From the NCBI GenBank assembly GCA_013239625.1, contig MU057202.1:3423101-3487100 (forward strand): DNA of 64,000 nt, read 5' to 3'. Made by a program: the position numbers and the translations under genes. This document shows, piece after piece, positions 22,501 to 34,500 of the stretch. Every line of letters starts with the position of its first letter. The stretch's first letter is position 1. The stretch comes from Lama guanicoe (taxonomy: Eukaryota). The notes beneath the pieces were generated by a model. The model saw only the letters and a list, made by a program, of their open reading frames with translations. It did not search any database and was not told the origin of the DNA.

Positions 22501-25500
22501 TCACCCGTGGGCAGCTGCCTCGTCTGCTCCTGCCGCTGCTCCCTCAGCACCGTTTGGGCACTGGTCACCCACGCCTGGTAGGCCATCTGCAGGGGATGCC
22601 GAGTGAGCACCAGGGCCCCGACTGTCCTGGGCGGTCACTCAGCCCCAGGCCCCACACTGAGAATCAAGGGCCCAGAGGCAGACAAGATGACAGGTGTCCA
22701 GCCACTGTGTGTCCTTCTCGGAGGCCAGGCCACCATAGGCCTGAGGGGCCAGGGTTGGGTCCCTGGGAGGCGCTGGGCAAAGGGCTCCCCGCCGCCTATG
22801 ACTGCGCCCACCTGGCTTGAGGGTGCTGGGTGTGACTCCTCCTGCCGCCCTGCCCAGGCCCAGGCCTCTGCGGCAGGGGAGCAGGCACTCACCTGGAAGG
22901 CACTCTGTTCTGACGGCCTGGGGTCCTCGGGCTGGGCCTCCTCCTCCTCCTCGCTGTCGGACTCGAACAGGAAGTAGTCCCCGGAGTGGATGACTGTGGG
23001 CATGGTGGGGTGAGAGCCGGCCCCCGACACGGATGGGGCTCTGTGTCCCCTCCTCCTCCCCCCAGACCCCTAGACCGTTTCCTCAGTTTGGGATGGGTCC
23101 AGGAACAGGCCTGGCTGTGCTGTCCATCCAGCTTGGATGCCCCCAGCAGCCCGTGGCCCCCGGGGCCAAGGCCCACATGCCACCCTCACCCGAGAGACAG
23201 CCACAGTGGTGGGCGGCAGAGAGTGGTGGGCAGGGGCGGTGGCACATGCACAGTACACAGGTAAGAGCTGGGACGAGACCAGACAGGACGAGGGGACGTG
23301 TAGGGTGGGACCAGGAAAAGGGAGACACTGCCAATTAGCGACAAAAACTCCAACTTGAGTCAGAAAAGCACAGGAAGAAGAAAAGAGTCTGTGGTCGGGC
23401 CAGGCCCCTCACTACGTGAGGCTGAGAGCTCGCATGGAGGGCTCATAGAAGGTGCAGGGAGGGACAGCGTGCACTGGCCAGGTCAGCTCCCTCTGCCCAG
23501 GGGTAGCTGGCAGCCAAGAGGGGGCTGCCTGGCGCACAGTGGCTCTGAGAGGGTGGGCAGGGCAGGCCAGGTTGGGGCAGTACCTGTGGCGTGGTCCAGC
23601 CAGGGCCGCCACCACTGTCGCTGTGGCGGGGAGGCGCCCCCTGGACTGCCGGGCCCTGTGGGAGGGCAGGGGGGGAGCGTGAGCCAGCAGGGAGGGGCAG
23701 GGCCGGGGAGGCGGCCCCTCAGCAGAGAGAGACGCGGAGCCCATGAGGCGTCAAAGGGGCCACATGTAGACCCTGGGGAGCAGAGGACAGCCCACAAGTG
23801 CGCACAGACACTGATGGCCAGAGCAACCACGCGGCACAGGGCGGACGGGCTGGAAGCCCCGTGGGACAGCTCACGGCACAGACGCGGGCGGGGACACACA
23901 GGGTGCGGGGCCCTCCGAGGCTCCATCCACGCTCACCTGGCTCCTGCCTGGGGCCTGGCGAGTCCTGTGGGCGGCTGCGGCCGGCCCGGCCCTGCCTGTG
24001 CTTCTCCTGCTTGGCCCGGATGCGCTCCATCCTGCGGGCGGGAGGCGGCTCAGTGCCGGGCTGCCCGGAGAGCCCGCGGGGCCCCGCCCGGACGGCACCT
24101 ACTGTCTTTTCAGCTGGGCCAGGGACTTCTCCTCCGCCCTGCGGTGAAGCTCGATGGTCTTGAAGTTGGCAGCATTATAGAGGGCGAAACCCCTGTGAGG
24201 GGAGAGGACGGGGCACTCAGCACTGGCTGCTCGATCCCGACCCTCCCCGCCCCACCAGCCACGCTCAGCCCAGCTGCCCAGGCCTGCTGCTCACGCCACG
24301 GTGCCGGCCCCCACTCGACACCCCCTGCCACCAGGTGCAGCAGTCAGAGGGAGACCCTCCGGCAGCCCCCAGCCTCACGGGGTCGAAATCGGGGGATAGG
24401 AGGTTAGCTGGCTCCTTGGCCAAAGCGCAGTCAGGGAGGAGTGAACCCTTGGGCCCACGTGGCAGCCACATGGGGCCTAAATGTCAGCCAGTGGCAAAGC
24501 CGGGCTGACGCCACGCACCACCACGCTCGTGACAAGGTCCTCAGGCCTCCCGTGGGTGGCGTGTCATGTTGCAGAGTGGTGACAAGGGGACACAAGGCAG
24601 GGGCCCACCTGGAGGCCTGCAGGGCAGTGGCCTGGAGCTCGGCCCTGACATGCAGGAAGTAGCGGCTGAGGAAGACGCGGCGCTGCAGCAGCAGGAACAG
24701 GAAGCAGATGCTGTCCCACAGGACGCCGGCCTCCTCCACGGGCAGCAGGCAGTCCTGGTCCCGGCCCAGCATCTCCTTGGCTGCAGACAGACAGTGGCCC
24801 AGGTCAGGCCTGGGAGCCGCTCGCCCCTGCACCCCTGGACACCCGCCCCACCCACTCACGGTCGTGGTAGCCTTTGACAGTGCACACGAGGCTGAAGAGC
24901 TGGATGACCCAGCAGAAGCTGCTCTGCATCTGCTCCACGAAGACACAGGACAGGAGCTGGGGGTGGCAGGAGGGTCAGCCTGGGCGGCGAGGCAAGGGTG
25001 GGGAGGGGCGGGGCGGGGCTCACCGAGAGCATGTTCTTGGAGATGATGACGGTGACATTGTAGAGGATGAGGCAGTCCCACAGCACGAGGCGGGAGTGCG
25101 TGTCTTTCTGCAGCAAGCTGGTCCCAAACAGCAGCAGGTAGAAGCAGGCCAGCAAGTAGCCCAGCCCGAAGACGCTGATGCGCGTGGCGCCCGTGACGAA
25201 CACCACCACCAGCACCAGCCAGAAGAGGTAGCGGAAGACGGCCACCTTCAGCATGTCGAGGTAGGACCTGTGGGCAGGGCGTCACTGCAGGGCCCGGGCA
25301 CCACGGCCTCCCCTGCAGGCCTCCTCCTCTGCAGGGTCAGCGACCACCCCTCGTCCTGGCCACGGGGACGCCGCTGGCAGGGCCTGCCCTGGCTCAGTCC
25401 TGCTGGAGCCCAGGCACGTCCGTCAGCCCTGCCAACCCGCCACCTCTGCAGCCCCAGGGGCCCCGGTCCTGGCCACTGTGACACCCACCTGCAGTGGATG

Positions 25501-28500
25501 AAGTTGGGCACGGGGTTGGGCTCCCCCCGCAGCGGCTCCAGGTGGTCAGTGTTGATGCCAGCCATGTGCTGCCACTCCTCCGTGCGCTCAGCCAGGAACA
25601 CCTGCCACTGCTGGGAGGCGCAGAGCAGCAGGAGGAAATCACCTGTGGGCACACGGGGGCACTGCTGGGCTGCACCCTGGGGAGCGCCGGGCACGTCTGG
25701 CACTGCCCTCAGGCCCCTGGCTGGAGAGAGGTTGCAGTGTGGGGGGGGAGTTGTGCAAGCATCCACCTGTGTGGACACCAGCACCTGCACACAGTGTGGA
25801 CAGGCACACGGACGTCAGAGAACACGTCTGCTGTACACATTCTGCATGTGCACGTGTGGCTGCACACACTGCACGCGTGTCAGCAAACAAGGCCCACAGG
25901 AGCCTGACTGCATGCCTCACGGCTTCAGTCTGCACACCCGCGTCCACACCTGTGAGCAGGCACGTGTCTGTGTGCAGCGGTGCACGTGATGTGGGCCCCC
26001 AGTCTCATGGGATCTGTCTGCAGGACTGGGCACACTCATGGAACAAAGACCCCTGCTAGGGAGCTACAGGGCTGGACCAGCCGGTGAGGCCTGGGCCTCG
26101 TCCCTCGTGGGCTGGAGAGGAGGGTCCCCGCTCGCACACTGCCCGTCCACAAGGGAACCCAGCCCCCCGTGTGGCGGGGCTCCAGCAGCAGGTGCTCACT
26201 GATGAGGTTGGTGGAGTTGGGGGCTCTGAAGAAGTCGGGCAGGTACAGCCACTGGATGAGGGCGGAGTTCATGGGGACGGCCCGGCTCCAACGCCACGGG
26301 TAGTCTGCGGGGGGGAGGGTGTGCGTCACCTGTGTGTCCAGGCCCGCCCCCACCCGTCCCCAGCACCCACGGGAGCCGCCCTCACACCACTGCCACCCGA
26401 GTCTCCAAGCATCCGGGCCCAGAGCCCGCTTCTCGTGGACGCGTGTCTCAGACACGAACTGTGCCCCAGCCCTTGGGGGAGGAATCGAGGGTCGCCCGGG
26501 GAGGGTGATGGGCAGGTTGGCAGGGCAGGCCTCCCTGTGTGAGGGCCACGGTCGGCGTGGGCCAGAACAAGACTTCATCGCGCACCTGACAGAATGGCTA
26601 AAATAAAATGGTGTCGACGCAAAACGCTGGCACAGACAAGAGACGACACAGCCTCCCAGGGCACTCATCCCCGAGAGATGGAAGCCACGGCCACACAGAC
26701 ACCTGTGCAGTGGCAGACGACTAGTGTCCGCAACACCTGGTCCCCAGCGGCCAGATGTCGTCCACGGGTGAACGCGGGCAGCAGCCTGGAGCGCTTGGCT
26801 GTGGCTCGTGAGTGAGGGAAGCCAGACCCCAGGGCTGTGTGACCCTACTTAGGTGACTCCTGGCAAAGGGAAACCACAGGGCGGGAGTCACGGGGCAGGG
26901 GGCAGAGAACTGAGGTGGACATGCCTCCATGCGCTGGTCGGCACCACAGAGAGAACGTTACTATATTAAAAATCGAAGCCATCCTGGACGCTGGGGGGCC
27001 CAGGGCGGAGCGCAGACTGACAAGCAATCGAACCAGACGGTGCATGTACGTCGCACCTTCCAGAGGTCTTGGGGAAGAGCAGAGCCACCCGAGTGACGCT
27101 GGAAACTGTTCTGATTGAAGAAAGACACTGTCCGCCGAGAGGTCAGAGAAGCAGCATCTCCCCAGAGCGACACACACCGCGAGGGCTGGGGCTGGGCGTC
27201 TGAATTTCACCCGCCAGTGGAGGGAAGAAAGCAGGGTCCACCGGGCAGGGGCGGGGGGACTCCCAGGGCCAGCTGGGACGGTGCCAAGGACAGGACCCCA
27301 GGGACAGGACTGGAGCAGAGCCCCAGGCCTAAGTGCCCCGAGTCCATACAGGCAAATGAAAACTGGACAGAGCAGGGCGGGCGACGGGGCAGCTCCTCGC
27401 TCATGGAAGACGCCAGTCAACGGCCGACGAAGAAATGCAGAGACAGGAAGTCCCCGTGAGAGCCCCGAGCGCCCCTGTGGGCGGGCCCGCTGCTAGTAGG
27501 CAGGAGTTCACACAGAAACAAGACCCCTGCCTGGTCTCCAGGCCTGTCCCCTAACAAGCCTGCACTAGTGACAAGCAGCAGACGGGTGTAACCGGGTGAT
27601 GAAGGCGTGTCCCCTGGGGTGATACACTGGCCCCACGTGACACCATGCTCTTGCCAAAAGTGCGTAACTTGGTCTAAAGCAGCAGCACTGGACGATGCAG
27701 GGGGAGGAACGGCAGCCTGCTGCTCCCAGGAGTCCCAGAGTGATGAAGAGGCAGGCAGACAGAGGCACCGCCCCGGCCCAAGGCGAGTGGAGCGGCCTGA
27801 GGAACACAGCAGGGGTGTCGGGGGCCTGGGACCCCCAGCGGCAGGGGCGAGACTGGGGAGAGCCACGCGGCCCAGGGCTCCGGCCGTAGGTGGTGGCCTG
27901 GCACCCACTGTGGCTCCAAGTATGTCAGAGGCTGACACCGACCCTAGGAAACTGGGTGAAGAGTTTCGGAGCTCTGTTCTGCTTCTGTAACTATCTGTAA
28001 GTCTACGGAAAAGTTAGAGAATTAAACAAGACGAACATGGGACAGCACGGGGCGTCTCGAGCCTATTCTGCCGGAAGCAGCCTGGCTGAATCAGGCGACC
28101 CCGTGTGGGTCCGTCCCTAGGACACTTTGGGAAAGGTCAAGTCAGAGATCGCCAGGCGGGCAGCCAGGGAGGGGCTGCTGCAAAGGGGCAGGGACTTGGG
28201 CCACAGGGTCTGACCGCAGTGGTCACGCGCCCGTGCCTTCATCAAAACTCAGACTGTACGCCCAAGAGGGCGTTTCCCTGGGCGACTGCAGCCTCTGTGA
28301 GCCTGACGTAGACAGTGGTGGAGGATGTCTGACGTGCCGTCTGGGAGGGCTCCAGGGGCCGCCTTGGCACGTCCAAGGGAGCCCCAGACAGGTCACAACG
28401 CACTCAGAAAGCACCGCTGGGGCTCGGGGAGGGGGCGGCGCCATGGCAGAGCGCGTGCTTAGCAGGCATGAGGTCCTGGGTTCATCCCCCAGCTCCTCCC

Positions 28501-31500
28501 CCGCTCCACTGACAGCAAGAAACAGGAAAGGGGGAGAAATCAAAAGCCAACTAACCGACGAGCCAGCAGTGATGGCGAACGGGGAACGCCCCGTTCACGA
28601 AGGCCCACCGGCCACAGGGAGGGAGCAGGGCATGGACACCCAGCACAGCGGCAGCCCCGCGGCTGGGCCGTCGGGGGCCCTGGACGCCCCGCGGCCACCT
28701 GGCTCCCCAGTCGTGGGCCGTTTCTGCTGAAGGGTCCACTGACGTCTAAGTGTTGGGGCACAACCCGTGAATCCAGATTCAGAGCTTTCTGCAGACCCCC
28801 CGGCCTGACTGTGGGAAGGGCACAGATGGGCTGGGATGGACTCGACCAGAGGAGCTGCGAGAAGAGGTCGGCCGAGCCCTCCTGTCAGGTCCCGTCAAAG
28901 CAGACCATCACCAGGACACTGCCCTGAGGACGAGGCCGTGAGCACGGACGGTGTATCAGACCGGGGTACCATCCAGGAATGGATGGCCGTGTGGGGTCAC
29001 TGTCCCGAGCACAGAGGGCACCGGCCCCCGGGGGAACTGGGCACGGACCCCGACGGACTCGGTCCTGCCCCCTGCTCCAGACACCGCTTCCCCAACCTCC
29101 CATTGAGATTTTTCAACATAGTATGCTGGGCAGGAAGAAAGCAATGAACGCAGTGACCATGGAGGGGGCAACTGCCGCCATGAGCGTCAGCACGGCCGCA
29201 GCCAGCAGATGGGGGATGGGCCCCAGGGTAGGTGGCCCCCCCCCAGTGCTCGGCACACCCCGGTGCCTGCTCACCGATGCACAGGGCAGGGGGCACGCCC
29301 AGGCACAGCAGGTACTGGTACAGCAGAAAGAGCGCCAGGAAGAGGCAGTAGTTGGGCCAGAGGCGGGCGATGGCCACACGGCGCCGGCGCGTGAGGATGG
29401 CCACCAGCCAGCAGCCGTGCAGGATGACCATGAAGTTCATGCGCTGCCCGATCACAGTCACAGCCATCAGGAAGCAGATCTGGGGGTGGCAGAGTCAGGC
29501 AGGAGCTGGGGGGGGTGGCCTAGAATGCCTCTGGCGGGTGTCGTGCATGGGATGGGGGCCTGCAGCCCAGGCCCCTCTCCTGGAGGGACGGAGAGGCTGG
29601 ACTTGTCTCTACTGTAGGGGGGGACCATGGTGGTGGGGACCGTGGTGGGGGTTCCATGGCAGAGTCAAGACCAACCCTGTCTCCGGCCTGAGCCCCAGCC
29701 CCCACCCCAGCCTCTGCAGGCCTCTCCAAGCATGGGCTGACACTCAGCCCAGGAGGACCTGGCACCCTCGGTGGTCCCACCCCATCACCACACCCCAGTG
29801 GCCCCCTGGGCCTGCTCATCCCAGACGCTCAGCGAAGGCCCCTCGGGGCAGGAAGGACCCCAGTGGCTGAGTCTTGTCCGGCGGGGGGACGATGCCCAGT
29901 CTCACCTCCAGCCCAAATTTATAGAAGAAGAAGTTGACGAAGTACTTGAGGCAGCTGGGCAGGTCCCGGTCCAGCTGCTGGCGGGTGCCGTCAGCGCAGA
30001 CGGCCTGGGCGGGCAGTGGGCCCAGCTGGTGCCAGCGGCGGTGGTGCTCCTGGCGCCGATAGACCATGGCCTCGAACACCAGCAGCAGCAGGATCTGCAG
30101 GTGGTTCTGGGGAGCACGAGCAGTCAGGCCCTGCCCTGCCCCCTCGCCCCGTGCCCCAGGCACCCGACCACCTCGCCTGCCTGCCCCACGCTCACCTGGA
30201 TGTAGCCCAGGTTTGGGAAGCCCTTCCGCACCCCAAACCAGTTGGCAGGGTCAATGGGGCCCCGGTACAGCAGAGAGTCATGGACCTCCGTCTTCTGCAG
30301 GTTCGTGCTGTTGGGGAAGGGCTGAGGGAGGGCTGGCGTCAGCACCTGTTCCCCGCCAGGAACTGGACTCTGCCTCGCTCCCTGTCCCCAGCCACAGCTC
30401 GAGGACTGGTCTGGGCCAGAGAATAGCTGTCCCCAGCCAGGGACGTGAGGTGCTGCCTCCAATCCACCTTAATGGGGAAGGGGACAGGGTATCTGGGGAC
30501 AGGGAAGCCACCCGCAGGAGCTGGGGGTAGTGAAGACAAAGTGATGGGTGGGGCTTCCCTGGGCGACCCCCTCCTTCCCCAGGGCTCCCCCTTCTCTCCA
30601 GGAGACCTTGGGCCTCTGCGCCCCTCACGCCATGACGCGCACGTCCATCAGGGAGCCAGCCAGGTCAGGACACTCCTCTGAACCCGGACGCCCCGGTATT
30701 GGGGGTGAGCCCCCGCAGACCAGGTGGAAGGTCACCTCCTCCAGGAAGCCCCTGGCCCCAGGGACAGGCCCTCTGCACCTGTCCTCCGCCCTGGGCTGGA
30801 GCGGCGGCCCCCAGGGGTGCGGGAGACTCCGTGTGGCTCAGGCGCCACGAGGCGGCAGCCGTACCTCAGTGCAGTTGCTGGAGTACTCGTGCGGGTTGAC
30901 GACCTTGAGCTGGTAGAGCATCTTGCACACGATGATGACGCAGGTCCACACAGTGGACAGGCAGGAGGCCGTGGGCCGGAAGCGTGGGTAGGGCAGGGCG
31001 AAGGCCCAGAGCGCCACCAGCAGGAAGTTCATCACTGACACCTGCCGGCAGGCGGGTGGATGGGCTGGGGGCGGGCAGAGTGGCACCCCACCCTCCCCGT
31101 GGTGCCTGTGACCTGCAGCCCAGGCTGCAGGGAGGCCAGCGAGGGTCCCTGAGTGACCCTGCTACAGACAAGGAAGTGCGTGTCCACACTCACCTCCTTC
31201 AGGGCCACCCAGACAGTGTACAGTGCGACCAGCTTTACGACGTGCAGCTCCAGCAGGCGCTGCGTGAACATCTGCACGCGGGCAAGGACGTCTGAGAAGC
31301 CGGCGGCCAGGTCCAGCAGCCTCTCTGCCACCAGGCCCCACTTGCTGGCTGGGGTGGGTTGGGGAGGACAGTGAGGAGGGGGACGGAGTCTCTCAGGGTT
31401 CACGGCGGGTGGGGGGGTGTCTGTGTCCCGTACTTACCCTCTGGGGCCTGCGAGGCCTGGGAGGGGCCTGCTGTGCCTAGCCCCTCGTCCCTGGGGGCCT

Positions 31501-34500
31501 CCTCTTCCTCCTGTTGCAGCAGTGGGGTCCCGCTCACCGCGTCCTGCCTAGGACAGGACCCCAAAGTGTCCTTCCCACCTGCACTTATGGGGTGGCCCCA
31601 CAGGCCCCTCCCATTCCTGCCCCACCCCCATCTGTGGGACTCCTGCTGTAGGTGCTGCAGCTGCCCGTGAGCCTGTGGCCCCGTGACCCCTGCGGGTCAG
31701 AGAGGACATCCAGAGCCTGAGGCCCCTCATCTGAAGGCAGCAGCCCAGGCTGTCACCCTGTTCCACGTCCCCCATCCAAATCCCACCAGACAGGCTGTCC
31801 TCCGTGCTGGTTCAGGGGAGCGGGGGGGACACCCTGCAGACCCCCGGCCCCTCAGGAGCGGGGACTGCAGCACGCGCCTCTCCGAGGCGGCGGCGGGCGC
31901 ACCTGCGGGCCCAGCGCGGGGCGCGGGCGCTGGGCGGGGGGCGGCGCTCCAGGTCGGTGAGGCGCATGAAGGGCCGGTGGAAGTAGTGCAGCTGCAGGAT
32001 GCAGGCGAGCAGGAAGAAGCCGGGGATGAGGATGCTGGAGAAGAGCTCCGACACGCTGAACTGCTCCAGGCCAAGGTCCCCCAGCCTGGCGAGGCGAGGG
32101 GCAGCGTCAGCATGCGGGGAGCCCCGCCCCGCCGCCCCGCCCCGCCCCGCCCCAGACTCACTGCTCGTCAGTGAGGCCGGTCAGGTTGCGCCAGTAGGCG
32201 GGGAAGTCCTGGAACTGGAAGGTGTAGACGGCGACCAGCACCAGCATTGTGTAGGCCACCACCAGCCACCAGAAGAGCTGCAGCAGCTTCCGCCACAGGC
32301 TGTAGTAGACCTGCCAGACAGGGTGTGACGAGGCCGGCTGGCGCGGCCCAGGCCGCCGCACACGGCCCGCACCGCCCGCGCACTGCCCGCGCACCACCCC
32401 GCGCCCGCGCACCTGGAAGAGGGTGAGGCAGAGCAGGAAGAGGAACATGTAGACGATCTTGTAGACGACCAGGCGCCCAGCGAAGCTGACCACGATGAAC
32501 ATGCCAGCGCACACGTAGATCCAGTACTTGGCGTAGACGCCCCTCACCAGCTCCCCCAGGCTCCGCAGCAGCGCCTGCGTCCGCGCGGGCTCTGCGGGCC
32601 AAGCCAGGGGCCGGGGGGTGTGGCTTTGGGGCCGGGGTGGGGCGCCCGCCCCCCGCCTGCCCCGCCCCCTCACCTGTGTCAGCCACGGTGACCTCCGTCA
32701 GCACAGCAGGGGCCCTGGCCCTCCGCAGCAGCTTCTCCTTCACGAAGCGGCGCAGCAGGAGCCAGAAGGTCAGGGTGCACAGCAGCTGGGGAAGGGGGGC
32801 AGTGTCACTGTTGGGCCAGCATCCCCAACCCTGGGGGTGGGAAGACCACAGCAGAAGGTGGTCCCCGCCGGCCCCCAAGAGCCAGCCTCCCTGCAGGCAG
32901 GAACTCCCCGTCCGGTACACACACGCACACAGGCTCACGTGCAAGCACACACGCTTGTCCGCATCAGCTCACGCACACACGGTCACGTCTGCACAGACCC
33001 ACAGGTGAACGTGGGTTCACATCTGTGCACACACAGGTTCACGCGTTTGCACCCGCATTTGCACATACGTGGCTCACACGCCTCTCAGTGAGATACAACC
33101 TACTGACCACCGACACGTGACCGGCACGGTCGTGGGCGTCCAGGGGCAACGACCTGTCTCACTTGGGGACGCAGCAGAGGCACAGGACTCACTGAGACTC
33201 GCAGGACGTCAGCGCGACAGGGGACAGCCCTCCCGACAACACGAGGTCGTCACTGACTCATCCAGCCAAACACTCTGAGTAACCACTCTGGGCTGGCCCC
33301 TGGGCACCCCGTGGTGACAGCCAGACATGGGCCCTGGCCTCTCAGGTGCCCACTCCACTGGGACCTGGACGGTGGACAGGAAGGCATTGTCCCAGGTCCC
33401 CAGGCAGGAGCCCAGGGCAGCATTAGCGCTGTCAGGGTTGGGGCGGACTCACCATGGCGCCGAGGTCCAGGCAGGGGTAGCGGGTGTGCTCCAGCCCCAG
33501 CTGGCGCAGGCTGACGGGGCCCAAGGTGGTGGGCAGCTCAGGCTGCAGGTCCATGGCCCACACGTAGCGCAGGCTGCAGAGCGCCAGCCCATAGAGCAGG
33601 ATGAATGGGGAGCAGAGCATGGCCAGCTGGTGGCGGCTGCGCACAGTCCAGATGAGGCAGGCCCAGAGCAGCAGCACGAAGGTCAGCCAGCTGTGGTAGG
33701 TGATGCTCCACACCTGGATGGCAGGGTGGGGGCAGGGCTGCACAGGACATCTGGCCCGGCACCCAGACCCACTCCCACAGGCCAACTAGCTGGCAGGTCC
33801 TGGGGTGCGGGGTGCTCAGACGGGAAAGCAAACATACCCCGCCCACCCAGGGGGGCATCGGCCCAGGACTCACTGACCACATGTGTGCACCCATGCACAC
33901 ACACAGCCAGGGGTGGCGCGTGGCCCAGCAGGTCACAGCCCCATCCGTTTTTGGTGACAAGGCACCAGGCCACCCCCCACCAGAAGGTGGTGAGAGCCCT
34001 GGGGGAGCCCCAGCCAGAGGGGCAGCCACTCACCATCATGGCGATGAGGGCGCACACATAGCTCTGGTCCATGATGAGGTGGCCCAGGCCGTGCAGCGGA
34101 GATGGCTCTTTGGGCTCAGTTAGCCTAGGACGCACTAAGAGGTGGGGGGCAGGGGTCACTAGAAAGGCGGGCCCCCCGCCGGGGAAGCTCCCACATCCAT
34201 AGGCCCAAGCCCCTCACGCACACCCTAAAACACAGACAGGACGCTGGAACCACAGCCCAGTGGGGAGGAGGGAGCCACGCTCAGCAGTTGGTTGGGCATG
34301 GGGGATGGCGGCTGGGCGCAGGTGGCGGAAAACACCAACAAAGGGCCCTGGCCAGTCCTCACCACTCTCCAGGACTTGGTTTCTAAGACTCTGAAGGGAC
34401 AGGATGGACGAGATGGCCCAGCCCCCATCCCACGTCTGGGGGCACATGCGTCCCCAGGTGCCAGGTCCTGAGGCCAGTGGCCTCACCCCTACTTCATAAG

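Noticed and set aside
23355-25989. Long + strand ORFs (350 aa and 371 aa) as antisense genes
   Set aside because: They are shadows of GC3-rich PIEZO1 exons and GC-rich introns, with no homology or splice support.
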